DNA of 63,974 nucleotides, the filler included, from Octopus bimaculoides (Eukaryota): assembly GCF_001194135.2 (NCBI RefSeq). It is 6 parts of 6 records of this genome, joined end to end, with 100 filler letters (N's around TTAATTAATTAA, not from the genome) between each part and the next. Parts side by side here need not be neighbours in the genome. Positions count along the whole stretch, not along the records: positions 13,014 to 30,627 come from NC_068984.1; positions 30,728 to 39,225 come from NC_068983.1; 4 more parts are not named here. One strand, given 5' to 3'. Both the position numbers and the translations under genes were made by a program. This document shows, piece after piece, positions 26,673 to 38,722 of the stretch; the stretch's first letter is position 1, and every line of letters begins with the position of its first letter. A model generated the notes under the pieces. That model did not search any database and was not told the DNA's origin. It saw only the letters and a program-made list of their open reading frames with translations.

Positions 26673-27429
26673 TAAACCCTGCGACGGACCGGCTTCCCGT
26701 TCAGGGCTAACGTCGAGATCTCGGTCGTTTTTACGCCATGGCAACCGAGTCACCAGCCTTAAGAGTTGCAGGGCCCAAGAAAAATAAATACAAAATTGTA
26801 TTATAATCGCGTGGCATATTCCTTTTGGTAGGGAAATCCAGGGATATGTAGATATTAAGGGAAAATAATCTTTTAGCAGTGGCTTGGTCAAAATATGGTG
26901 TTGGTAGAGACAAAATTTACAAAAACATCTTCGAAGAGTTTGATAACAGTGCTGACACTGTTAAACCTCTCAAAGACAATTTTATGAGTTCTTTAATCTT
27001 TTAATGACATTTGACTTTTTGAAAGATAAGGAATAAGACTAATAAGGATTTTTTTTTATAGGGTTTCGCTGGAACACGGAATGCATTTCAAAGGATTTCC
27101 AGCAGCAACAAGTTTGGAATATACCAACATACTCTAGGGTATATTATATTGTAGAGTATGTAATGATTAGCGGGATATTTCGCCTTTTTATCTTGCTGGT
27201 CACCAGATTCAGAGAGGCTGCCTCACGAGGGAGCCTGTCACGAGGACTCCCTAGTATAATCCACACTATTAATGCAAAGGTATCTGTATTTCATTTAATT
27301 ATTTAAGCGAATTTAATATTCAAATCAAAGTGTTGACCAAGGTGACCCCCCCCTACTGGTTCGGAAAGAATCAGTAATCTGAATAAGCTTTGGAATCAAA
27401 GGCTCCGTAAAAATCGATTTGTATTCGTG

Positions 27430-27563
27430 CTTATTTTATCGACCCCGAAAGGACGAAAGGCAAAGTCGACCTCGGAGGAATTCGAACTCAGAACGTAAAG
27501 CTGGAAGAGATGCCGCTAAGCATTTAATCCGGCATGCTGACGATTCTGCCAGCTCACCACCAC
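27430..27563 (-). mobile_element. SINE family A, 5' half
   Basis: GAAAGGCAAAGTCGACCTCGG...TTCTGCCAGCTCACC. Confidence 0.85.
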
Positions 27564-27675
27564 CTTAACTGAAGATTAACAATATCTAACCGGCCGTGAC
27601 TTGTTTATGCTTTATTTTCCTATGAATAAAGTCCAAGAATTAATCTCCACTTGGATTTTCATTTCTCTAACTTAC

Positions 27676-27730
27676 CGATCGTCTAGGCCGCCATTTCTCT
27701 CCGACTTCAGGAACTCGTTGACACATCAAA
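27676..27730 (-). promoter_or_regulatory. Candidate non-coding first exon or promoter-proximal segment
   Basis: Minus strand GAGAGAAATGGCGGCCTAGACGATCG|GTAAGT: YY1-like motif plus a consensus donor in a small CpG-rich patch. Confidence 0.35.
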
Positions 27731-28119
27731 GCTTTAATCTCAGAATAATACTTTTGCTATTTTTGTTTTTTATTCTTTGTTTCGTATTCGTATTCTTTTT
27801 ATTGATTTATTTTGATTACTCGGAAGACAAATAGTTATTCTTAAAGATTAATCAAATGAACCATTATTATTCTTATTTATTATCATGTTCAGATGGTCGG
27901 CGGCGGGGGTAATTGAGAGAAATGCTGGAGCATCGAACAAAATATCTTATCGCATTTTATTTCACCTCTCCTTATACTGGGTTCAAATCCTAACCGATAC
28001 TCTCTGCCTGCTATCGTCCACTACGGCTGAAAGCATTAGTACCAGTAATGCATCATTTGAAGAAATGGTGCAATAGCCTGCGCTTAGCATCCAAATATGT
28101 GCAAAAGTCGTTATATGTA

Positions 28120-28490
28120 TAGGTGCAGGCATAGGTTCGTGGTTAAGAAGGTCGCTTTGCAACCACGTGGTTTTGGGTCCAGTTCTATGACGCAGCAATT
28201 TGGACAAGTGTCTTCTAGTATAACCCCTAGCTTTGTATGTGAATTTAATTGAAGGAAACTATGTGGAAGCCCTGCGCATATGTACATGTGTGTGCGTTTA
28301 TGTTTATTCCTCCACCAATTGACAACCAGTGTTGGTTTGCTTACGTCCCCATAACTTAGTTGTTTCGGTAAAACAGAATGATGGGATTAAAAAACAAGCA
28401 CTGGAGCCAATTTGTTCAACTAAGCCCCCCAATGTTGTGCCCCAGCATGGCCGCAGTCCAGTGATTGAAACAAGTACAAGAAAGATACTC
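28120..28490 (+). mobile_element. SINE family B
   Basis: Head, body and CCCAGCATGGCCGCAGTCCAGTGATTGAAACAAG tail. Confidence 0.8.
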
Positions 28491-28664
28491 ACTGAAAAAC
28501 TGAAACACGAAAATTAGATTTGTTAAAGGTGTATACTTGTATGTATGTATGTATGTATGTATGGATGGATGTATCTATCTCTCTATCTATCTATCCATCC
28601 AGCTGTCTATCCGTCCATCTCTCTCTCTCTCTCTAAATATATATATATATATATATATATATAG

Positions 28665-28960
28665 TTCAAATTTACAGAAAACAAAAGACGAAGACATGTG
28701 AAGGAACAACAAGCAGGAAAGAATGAAAAAGTCGTTGACGTTTCGAGCTTATGCTCTTCGGCAGAAAGGATTGAGAGGGAAAATCATGGACAGAGAAAAT
28801 AATGTGAGGATTAACGGTTCAACATGATGAGGCGGTGGTGTAGGACGAAGGATTTGGGATTTGGAATGGTGAAAAGAGGAATAGGAGGAAGAATATAAAA
28901 ACGATAAAAGAGGAGTCAAAATGGCAAAGTTATTAACGCACGAAGTTCAAAAGTCGTGGT
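28665..28960 (-). mobile_element. Penelope-type 3' end/pLTR fragment with degenerate hammerhead motif
   Basis: Minus strand CTGCCGA-A-GAGC-ATAA-GCTC-GAAAC-GTC and a downstream TGTCTTCGTC motif shared with the 24.0 kb copy. Confidence 0.55.
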
Positions 28961-29037
28961 AGATTAGTGCGATATACTTCCACAAAAGAAGCCAGTAAGA
29001 TCCATCGAAATAGAGTCCGAAAAAGTACGAAGATAAT

Positions 29038-29160
29038 AGTTCAAATTCTGCCGAGGCCGACTTTGTCTTTCATCCTTTCTGGGTACCAGTTGAGCACTGG
29101 GGTCAATGTAATCGACCAAACCCCTTTCCCAAAATTTCAGACCTGTACCAAAATGTGAAG
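29038..29160 (+). mobile_element. SINE family A, partial
   Basis: GTTCAAATTCTGCCGAGGCCGACTTTGTCTTTCATCC. Confidence 0.75.
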
Positions 29161-30119
29161 CCATTCTTCTTTCAATTTTGTTTTCATTTTTTGCTGAGAG
29201 TCTTTCCGACTCCTGGTAGAAAGCAAATCACTGTATTTATTGTTGTTGTTGTCGTCATTGTTGTTGCTGCTGCTGTTGTTGTTGTTGTACAATTATGCGT
29301 TTAGTCTCTTCACAAAAATATCCACGATCGCAAAGAAAACGAGGATGTTTAGATAAATTCCAACTTTAATATGTCTTCCATTTTCAAAAGTTAATAACTA
29401 CTTTCTCTATAGAAGAAGAATTTATGATATATTTTTTCTTTGACTGAGCCATAATTCTTAACTTAAAAATATCAATACGGATAAAGAAGTATATTTAACA
29501 CTATAAAATTATACATTAAAAGCATTAAGCGATTCCACAGCAGCAACAAACTTAATCTGTCTTGAGTATTTAATGTGCTAGAAACAGCAGAAACTAATGC
29601 AAGACTGTCATGTAATTCCTTTTGCCAAACATAAACAAAGATATCACCAAATGCCTTCCCCGTCTGGATAAAACTTGCAACCAGAGATTTGAAAAACAAC
29701 CAAATCTACAACAACAACGGTACCAATATAATAACAATAATAATAATAATACTTTTCTTTCATTTTGCTATCAGGGCCCAATCATACATAGAACGAGCTG
29801 CTATAAAAACATCTTACAATGGCGTGTGGTGATGTACTTATAATAATCATATAAAAGCGAAGGGTGGAGCAGTTATAGAAAATTTTGGGTCACTTGAGAC
29901 CTGTTAATAAATATGAGATTGGTTGGTCCCATCTTAGGGGCTGCAGTGAGTTTGAAAGGACAACGTCCTCTCAGCAGATATTGGATTTCAGATCGTTTCT
30001 TGGCATTCATCAGCATTCTGTTTTCTGCACTCTTCACAGAATCGAAACCCGTCTCTTCATAAATCCACATTTGATATGCATATGTGTGTGTGTGTGTGTG
30101 TGTGTGCGTGTGCGCGTGT

Positions 30120-30310
30120 TTGTGTGTGTGTTTGTTACCCATCACCACTTGACAACCGGTGTTGTTGTGTTTACGTCCTCTACAACTAGAGATAGAATAA
30201 GTACCAGGCGTTGAAAAAGTACTGGGGTCGATTCATTCAACTAAAAATTCTTCGAGGCCGTGCCCCAGCATGGCCGCAGTCCAATGACTGAAACAGGTAA
30301 AAGATGAAAA
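30120..30310 (+). mobile_element. SINE family B 3' half
   Basis: CACTTGACAACCGGTGTTG...CCAGCATGGCCGCAGTCCAATGACTGAAAC. Confidence 0.8.
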
Positions 30311-30744
30311 AAAAATAAATATATGATTATGGTCTCTCCCATCATTAGACGTCGTATGAGGGTTCGGCAATTACTTACCCAACAACCACACAGACGATTT
30401 GTCTATAGTGATCAAACGTTTGTGTAGACATAAGCTTGCTCTATCCATCAGATCGAAATTAACTGTACAGGTGCAACATGTACCACATGTCGAAATGATC
30501 GCAGAGCAACGAGAAAGAAAGTGCTTTGCTCAAAAACAGAACGTAACACCCGGCCTGGGAATTGGACCCACGATCTCGTAATCGTGAGTGCAACGCACTA
30601 AGCCATGCGCCATCACTATATATATATNNNNNNNNNNNNNNNNNNNNNNNNNNNNNNNNNNNNNNNNNNNNTTAATTAATTAANNNNNNNNNNNNNNNNN
30701 NNNNNNNNNNNNNNNNNNNNNNNNNNNTATATATATATGCATAT

Positions 30745-30960
30745 ATACATACATTTTCAAAATGTAACCATGGCGATTTTTTTCCTTCCATCTTCCTTTT
30801 CTCTTGGACTTTTCTCTGTCTTCTGTTTCTGAAGAAGAGCTTTGCTTGAAACGTAAAACCACCTTTGTTTCCTTCCCGAGCGTGTGCTAAAATACTCTAC
30901 ATGTACCACGTCCTCGCGTTGTTGTTTGTTTTGTGTTTGTTCTTTCAAAGTCACAATGTT
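30745..30960 (+). mobile_element. Penelope-type pLTR fragment carrying a hammerhead ribozyme motif
   Basis: Shares 'GAAGAGC..GCT(C/T)GAA...TTCC(C/T)GAGCGT..(A)CTAA' with the copies at 24.0 and 28.7 kb. Contains the HHR core. Confidence 0.6.
30825..30859 (+). ncRNA. Minimal type I hammerhead ribozyme
   Basis: GTTT-CTGAAGA-A-GAGC-TTT-GCTT-GAAA-C-GTA-AAAC: stem I GUUU/AAAC, core CUGAAGA and GAAA, stem II GAGC/GCUU, palindromic ACGT minimal stem III, GUA cleavage triplet. Confidence 0.65.
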
Positions 30961-32889
30961 TTATGTATGTGTATTAATGTAATTGTATTTTCGTAATAGT
31001 CAACGTAGCCACCGTTAAAAAAAAACTACGTCGTACAGTATTTATTCAAATAAATTCTGCGTTTGAACATTATTTCGCCCATATATATTCTTTCCATCTG
31101 TAAATAATGTCAAAATCAAATTCGGCCATCTTGTATTCTCCTAGCAGTTATCCCCAAATTTTCTCTGCAAGCAACATTCCGGGTTGTTTTATGTATGGAG
31201 ATTTGCTTTATCGACTGATATTTTTTAATGAGGTTATCACAAATGTTTTATGGGTTTGTAGTGAAATAACTATGATATCTAACTACTTACCGATCTATTT
31301 TATATTTCTCCCGATATCTATCTACCTATCGATTTTTATGTTTCTTCCTCTCTGTCTCTCTCTCTCTCTGAATGATCTATCCTAAACACACTCTCTCTGA
31401 TACACAGAGGCGCTCGTATTTAAGTTTGTCTGTATTGATGTCTATGTTTGTGTATTTGTGTGCGTGTTTATAAATATATATATAAATTCCCGCAAGATAA
31501 GAAAATAGAGACACAATTAATAAATTATTATTTATTAATTTAAAGAAATTACAACATCTCTTACAGATATTTTAATTTTAAGAGAAAATCAATTAATAAA
31601 ATTTACAATTATTTGAAAGTCGAATCTCATCAGAGGTAGTTTAAGATAAACAAAATAGGTGTTCCGTTCCTGGATGTAGAGTATACGACTGCAAACCATT
31701 AACTATATANNNNNNNNNNNNNNNNNNNNNNNNNNNNNNNNNNNNNNNNNNNNNNNNNNNNNNNNNNNNNNNNNNNNNNNNNNNNNNNNNNNNNNNNNNN
31801 NNNNNNNNNNNNNNNNNNNNNNNNNNNNNNNNNNNNNNNNNNNNNNNNNNNNNNNNNNNNNNNNNNNNNNNNNNNNNNNNNNNNNNNNNNNNNNNNNNNN
31901 NNNNNNNNNNNNNNNNNNNNNNNNNNNNNNNNNNNNNNNNNNNNNNNNNNNNNNNNNNNNNNNNNNNNNNNNNNNNNNNNNNNNNNNNNNNNNNNNNNNN
32001 NNNNNNNNNNNNNNNNNNNNNNNNNNNNNNNNNNNNNNNNNNNNNNNNNNNNNNNNNNNNNNNNNNNNNNNNNNNNNNNNNNNNNNNNNNNNNNNNNNNN
32101 NNNNNNNNNNNNNNNNNNNNNNNNNNNNNNNNNNNNNNNNNNNNNNNNNNNNNNNNNNNNNNNNNNNNNNNNNNNNNNNNNNNNNNNNNNNNNNNNNNNN
32201 NNNNNNNNNNNNNNNNNNNNNNNNNNNNNNNNNNNNNNNNNNNNNNNNNNNNNNNNNNNNNNNNNNNNNNNNNNNNNNNNNNNNNNNNNNNNNNNNNNNN
32301 NNNNNNNNNNNNNNNNNNNNNNNNNNNNNNNNNNNNNNNNNNNNNNNNNNNNNNNNNNNNNNNNNNNNNNNNNNNNNNNNNNNNNNNNNNNNNNNNNNNN
32401 NNNNNNNNNNNNNNNNNNNNNNNNNNNNNNNNNNNNNNNNNNNNNNNNNNNNNNNNNNNNNNNNNNNNNNNNNNNNNNNNNNNNNNNNNNNNNNNNNNNN
32501 NNNNNNNNNNNNNNNNTTGGCAAATATATATAACTTTTTCCAGTGAAATTATTCACTGATATCGAAAAAGTGAAAACAAGCAATGTTAAATCTCTGAACG
32601 ATGTATTAACAGTAACTGCACGATAAAGTGAAGTATATTTGCCACTTAAATGTGGCTGACCCCGAAGGGTGGATGTTACTGTTGCTTTTAGCCCCAGGAG
32701 GACATCTCCTCCAGCTGGCTATCGACACACATCTGTGTCCTGTCTGTATTTGCCAAGGGAAGTTATCTTTCCCATCTTGATCTACGATATATATAAATTG
32801 TTATATATTCAGTAGTATCAGCGCCATGCAGTGTTTAGGCATAAGTATTTCTAGCTCTTTAGCTGTTACGAAGGTGCGGTAACTCTGGG

Positions 32890-32985
32890 CCGTTTTAAAG
32901 CTGTAGCATTGACTAACATTCAGTCAGCAACATTGATAGTTTTAAAGCCGTAGCTTTGACTAAAATTCAGTCAGCAACACTGGAA
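32890..32985 (+). repeat. ~47-bp tandem duplication
   Basis: TTTTAAAGC(T/C)GTAGC(A/T)TTGACTAA(C/A)ATTCAGTCAGCAACA occurs twice. Confidence 0.8.
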
Positions 32986-33655
32986 CAGCTATTAGACCGC
33001 TAGGTCGGGAGAAATTCAGCAGTATCAGCGGCAGCAGTGTTTAAGCAAATGTGTTTAGTGTTAGCTAAGATATATTTGTGACATATTTCAACTCATAAAG
33101 GTAAATTCACTGCAGTTACCGTGGAGAAAAATATTCCCTCTTATGGTAAAAGGTGTTAAAAGATATTTTCAATAACTTTAATTTCGCTTATGCCTAAATA
33201 CTTTTCTCCCCATCTGACGGTCTAAAACACCACCCACTCAATGTTGTTGACTGTGTTTTGTTTAACGATACGGCTTTAAATCTTCCAAGAGTCACCTCAC
33301 TTAGGTATTCCCATTGATAACAGCTACTGAGCTAGAAATGCAGTGTCTGAGAATTCGTTTGAAGGCAACAGAGGACAGTTATGGTGTTTTTATATAAAGT
33401 ATAAAATACCAGTTACGCTTTCTTCGTTCACGACATTGTAATGTTGGTTATCTCCGTTGTGTTTCTCATTTTGTCTTCTTCCTGATCAGCGTTACTCGTT
33501 TAGACATCATCTAATTTAAAAAGCAAATATGGTCTTTGTATCACCTTGGAAAACGGCGAAATAAATTATTGGTTCAACTAGTAAACCCTGGATGGTTGTA
33601 TATAAGAAGAATTGTGGTTTTTATTATAACAATACACACACACAAACACACACAG

Positions 33656-33690
<35 letters not shown>

Positions 33691-33693
33691 CGC

Positions 33694-33767
<74 letters not shown>

Positions 33768-34641
33768 NNNNNNNNNNNNNNNNNNNNNNNNNNNNNNNNN
33801 NNNNNNNNNNNNNNNNNNNNNNNNNNNNNNNNNNNNNNNNNNNNNNNNNNNNNNNNNNNNNNNNNNNNNNNNNNNNNNNNNNNNNNNNNNNNNNNNNNNN
33901 NNNNNNNNNNNNNNNNNNNNNNNNNNNNNNNNNNNNNNNNNNNNNNNNNNNNNNNNNNNNNNNNNNNNNNNNNNNNNNNNNNNNNNNNNNNNNNNNNNNN
34001 NNNNNNNNNNNNNNNNNNNNNNNNNNNNNNNNNNNNNNNNNNNNNNNNNNNNNNNNNNNNNNNNNNNNNNNNNNNNNNNNNNNNNNNNNNNNNNNNNNNN
34101 NNNNNNNNNNNNNNNNNNNNNNNNNNNNNNNNNNNNNNNNNNNNNNNNNNNNNNNNNNNNNNNNNNNNNNNNNNNNNNNNNNNNNNNNNNNNNNNNNNNN
34201 NNNNNNNNNNNNNNNNNNNNNNNNNNNNNNNNNNNNNNNNNNNNNNNNNNNNNNNNNNNNNNNNNNNNNNNNNNNNNNNNNNNNNNNNNNNNNNNNNNNN
34301 NNNNNNNNNNNNNNNNNNNNNNNNNNNNNNNNNNNNNNNNNNNNNNNNNNNNNNNNNNNNNNNNNNNNNNNNNNNNNNNNNNNNNNNNNNNNNNNNNNNN
34401 NNNNNNNNNNNNNNNNNNNNNNNNNNNNNNNNNNNNNNNNNNNNNNNNNNNNNNNNNNNNNNNNNNNNNNNNNNNNNNNNNNNNNNNNNNNNNNNNNNNN
34501 NNNNNNNNNNNNNNNNNNNNNNNNNNNNNNNNNNNNNNNNNNNNNNNNNNNNNNNNNNNNNNNNNNNNNNNNNNNNNNNNNNNNNNNNNNNNNNNNNNNN
34601 NNNNNNNNNNNNNNNNNNNNNNNNNNNNNNNNNNNNNNNNN

Positions 34642-34990
34642 GAGGGGTCGGACTGGAGTCATCGGAAGGCTTAGAGAATGGTGTGTTGGAGGGTCAGGGT
34701 GGAGGGGTGGTAGGTGAGGGGAAACGGAAGACCGGTAACGGCGGGGTGGGTGCGGGCAGAGAGAGAGAGCAAAGGCACGGTCCACGGAATGTGCTCTGGC
34801 AAGGGCGGTGTGGATAGTGGTGAGGAGATCTCCACGAAGGATGACGTAGCGAGCCATGAGTTGAGACTGAGTCTCAAAATCATGGTCGTCACTGCAGAGC
34901 TTGCGCAGACGGAGGAATTGGGAGTAGGGGATGGAAAGCTTGGTTTGGGTAAAGTGGGAGGAGGAGAAGTTAAGGTAGAAGTGTGAGTCG
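34642..34990 (-). mobile_element. Penelope-like RT thumb-domain fragment
   Basis: Minus strand reads DSHFYLNFSSSHFTQTKLSIPYSQFLRLRKLCSDDHDF...RG...ARAHSVDR...LPFPLTYHP, typical of the PLE 'SIPYSQFLRLRRLCS' and 'PfvLTyHP' region. Confidence 0.85.
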
Positions 34991-35037
34991 TTCTGTTTGT
35001 AGTGGATGGAGGTAGACGTGTATAATCGTATATATGT

Positions 35038-35110
<73 letters not shown>

Positions 35111-35379
35111 CATATGTGCGTAAATATGTACATGAATGTCTTTCCGACGCTCTCTCTCTTTCTTTCTTTCATTCTTGTCTTTTTTCTTTATTCCTGTTTT
35201 CCTTTCTTATCTTCCTTTCTTTATATATCTTTCCTTTGTCTCCCTTTAATCATGTTTCCACACACACATACATACGGACATACATACCTACCTAGTACAT
35301 ACATACATACATACATACATACATACAAACATACATAGATTCAAAATAACAAAAAAACTTTTCTAAAGAATCTAAATTC

Positions 35380-35550
35380 TGCGTACCTCTACATTTGAAA
35401 AGCTTTTCGATCTACGTGGACTTGATGAAAACACTAAGATGCCGACAGCTTTTCTCCATGACACCTACATGAAGCGACTATACTAGTCAAAAACTGGGAA
35501 GAATTGGCATATGGCAAACACTGCTGGAGATACATTTAATCTATCTTCTG
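35380..35550 (+). mobile_element. Possible RTE LINE C-terminal remnant
   Basis: NWEELAYGKHCWR resembles the RTE 'WE.lA.dR..WR' motif; heavily decayed. Confidence 0.35.
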
Positions 35551-36247
35551 AACTCTTAACCCTTAACTTAGACGTGTAGCTTGTGAGGATAATAATATGA
35601 ACAAATCATACTGAACAAAGTATATATTTTCTTCTGTATGAGATGTGGCGGATTGAGTCTTTCGAAGTCCGGACTAGTTAGACATTTGATGCCGCAGATA
35701 ACCACTCAAACCATATCTTACAATCTAGAGAATGATATAAACTACCCAGAATCAATTAACCCTTCAAAACAGCTTTGGTAATGTAAAGCGCCACACAAAA
35801 GGTCTTGCTTTCATCCTGATCAGTATACAATGGCAATTTTCCAAAACTTTTTGGCGGTTCAAGCTCACATAAGAGCAAGACATCACATTTGTGCACTTAC
35901 TCTCATTTCTAACAACCAAGGAGTAGTCTTATTGAATAGTAATTAAAACTCATGAACACACAATTGTACACAGAGGTATATACGACAAACAACCACACGC
36001 AGATAATGCACATATTGATATAACTTATCTTGTATGCATATAAAGGGAGACACAAATGCGCAAATACAATATCAGCTTTAGGGCAATATATAAAATCATA
36101 AGTATATTTGCATACATATGTATGTGTGGCTAAAAATATATCTGCTCAGTCTCCCTTTTCTTCATCCATCTCTCTCTTTCTCTCTGTCCCTCTCTATCCC
36201 TCTCTCTCTCTCTGTCCCTCTCTCTTCCTGTCTCTCTGTCTATATAT

Positions 36248-36438
36248 ATGCATGTATCTGTATGCATATATCCGTATATGCATATATCTGTATATATGCA
36301 TATATCTGTATATGCATATATCTGTATATGCATATATCTGTATATATATATGCATATATCTGTATATATGCATATATCTGTATATATGCATATATCTGTG
36401 TATATGCATATATCTGTATGCATATATCTGTATATATA

Positions 36439-36442
<4 letters not shown>
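36248..36442. repeat. Minisatellite of ~18-20 bp unit (GCATATATCTGTATATAT)
   Basis: About nine tandem imperfect units visible. Confidence 0.85.
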
Positions 36443-36476
<34 letters not shown>

Positions 36477-36910
36477 TGTGTTTCAAAACAGTTGATGCAG
36501 TCGTGTTTGCTGAATTCTGAGAAAGACGTGACAGTCAAAGTCAAGAAAACTACAATTAAGGAAAGAAGAAACGGAGGAGAGGAAGACTCCCCCCGCCCCC
36601 CAAAAATGTAGGGAAACCAAGAGTGGTTCGTTGATTACAAAAAATATTGAGGAGAAAAATCCATTATGAAAAGATAACTACAACGAAAAAATATAGATAA
36701 ATCAAAGATAAACATTAAATCGATTCCCAAAGGAATCAAACAAAGAAATCAGACTTCCAGTCGTCCAAAGACATGTGCGGAGATGGCCTCAAGATCATCT
36801 CAAGTACAAACTAGAAACTTGTACACAACAATGCCAAAATATAACTGTACCACAAACAAACAGAAGAGATAGAAAACATCCATCAACTCAAAATATCTAA
36901 TGCCCTAGAT

Positions 36911-37261
36911 CAAGGGTTCTCAACCGTTTTTTTTTTTTTACCTACGGACTCCTTTGATTATTATTTTACTTTGGTGGACCCCATAACCATTCGAAGTTTA
37001 AAAGCCCGTGTTATAGGTACTTTCAAAATTCCTATTTTGTTTTTGACACATTCACTTGTGTAGTTTGAACTATATAGAATATTATAGAAAACATCCTAGC
37101 TGTTTCTTGCAATGCATACAAATACATACGTCGAAAGCAAATGTTTTTCAGGGGCTCTTACACTACTATTGTGGATCTCCAATTTATTATTGTGTTGCGT
37201 AGATCCAACAAAATTTTATATACACCCTCAGGGGCCATATGAATCCCGATTGAGCACCACT
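36911..37261. mobile_element. hAT (Charlie-like) MITE remnant
   Basis: Ends CAAGGGTTCTCAACC ... GATTGAGCACCACT resemble CAGTGGTTCTCAACC / GGTTGAGAACCACTG termini. No clean 8-bp TSD. Confidence 0.5.
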
Positions 37262-37269
37262 TATATGTT

Positions 37270-38350
37270 TCAAATGGAGAAAAACATGAGATGGAAGACA
37301 AGGAAAAACAGAGAAATTAAAAGTCATAATGCAAATAGACATTATGGAAATCCATAGTTAACGACCGACAATTCCGTATGTACTGAATGGCCGATCAAGC
37401 ATAGAAGCGGATGGGAAGGAGACACACTATATGCGACATAATACAGAGAACATGAAATATTCTCTCACCTACGAAGAATCAGCGAGAAACATGAATCAAC
37501 GAGAAACATGAGTCGGGGACGCAATATTACAACTCCGCTTTAGGGAGAACATACTAAAACCGCACAACAGATCCGATGAAAGAAAAATTTTAATAAATCC
37601 ATTTAAAATATAGAATTAGGAATTTATCGAAAAGAAACCCCAACAAAAAAAAAAATGGGTCTTTTATTGAAAGGTTTCAAAAACACATAGAGCAAAAGGA
37701 AAATACATAAAAATACTAAAGCCTACTGATTTCAAATTGAGACCAATTGTTGCTTTGCCACAATACAGAACACAACGACTAAGTCATCTTTTAGATGGAT
37801 ATACACCTTAAATCCTTATGCCTATTAAAACTCAGCTGTACACGACACAACATGAAATTTTTCAAATACATCTCACCCACTGTCCCAGAAGGACTGTCCT
37901 TACAAACTTTGATGTTAGTAACCGTTATACTAATAAACCGCTCACGTTTTGGCGGGAAGCAATCAAATACTGGGTAGAAAAACATAGAGAAATGATAAAC
38001 CATTGCTTCATAAAAGGATTTAATTACCAAGGCCGCACGCCTGATAGTACAGAACACTTTCAACTTTGACGGTATAATATATCGAAAGATAAAGGACACA
38101 GTGATGGGGTCAAAATTTGCACCTTCATATCGTTATGAAGTTGCAAACTTGGTTATAGCATTTAAAAAAAAAAAAAAAATTTTTAAAGAGAACTTATATG
38201 AGGAAGTAGAGAAAACATGACCAAAGTTTCAAATATGTCATTGAAAAGAGGAAGCATTTCGTCGATAACTGCTTTATTTGGGGGGACGAAATCAAATGAT
38301 GATCTACAAGTATTCATAATATTGGAAACATATCCCACATAACAACGGAT
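37270..38350 (+). mobile_element. Penelope-like element reverse transcriptase remnant
   Basis: Degenerate motifs FKLRPIVA...TQRLSHLLD, TVLTNFDVSNRYTNKP....EAIKYWVEKH, G.KFAP..ANL and RKHFVDNCFIWG (YxDD region). Many stops and frameshifts. Confidence 0.8.
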
Positions 38351-38722
38351 ATATTTTACCGATATATATATATGAGTGTGTGTGTGTGTGTGTGTGNNNN
38401 NNNNNNNNNNNNNNNNNNNNNNNNNNNNNNNNNNNNNNNNNNNNNNNNNNNNNNNNNNNNNNNNNNNNNNNNNNNNNNNNNNNNNNNNNNNNNNNNNNNN
38501 NNNNNNNNNNNNNNNNNNNNNNNNNNNNNNNNNNNNNNNNNNNNNNNNNNNNNNNNNNNNNNNNNNNNNNNNNNNNNNNNNNNNNNNNNNNNNNNNNNNN
38601 NNNNNNNNNNNNNNNNNNNNNNNNNNNNNNNNNNNNNNNNNNNNNNNNNNNNNNNNNNNNNNNNNNNNNNNNNNNNNNNNNNNNNNNNNNNNNNNNNNNN
38701 NNNNNNNNNNNNNNNNNNNATA

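Noticed and set aside
29472-30080. Open frames at 29.5-30.1 kb (IWLFFKSLVASFIQTGKAFGDIF... on minus; ...FRSFLG... on plus)
   Set aside because: No recognisable family, weak splice sites and conflicting strands. RSFLG hints at a Gypsy RT remnant, but support is too thin to call.
31085-31170. Minus-strand AAGATGGCCG start and EFDFDIIYR peptide
   Set aside because: The ORF stops after 19 codons with no donor; at most a tiny Gypsy RNase H-like remnant.
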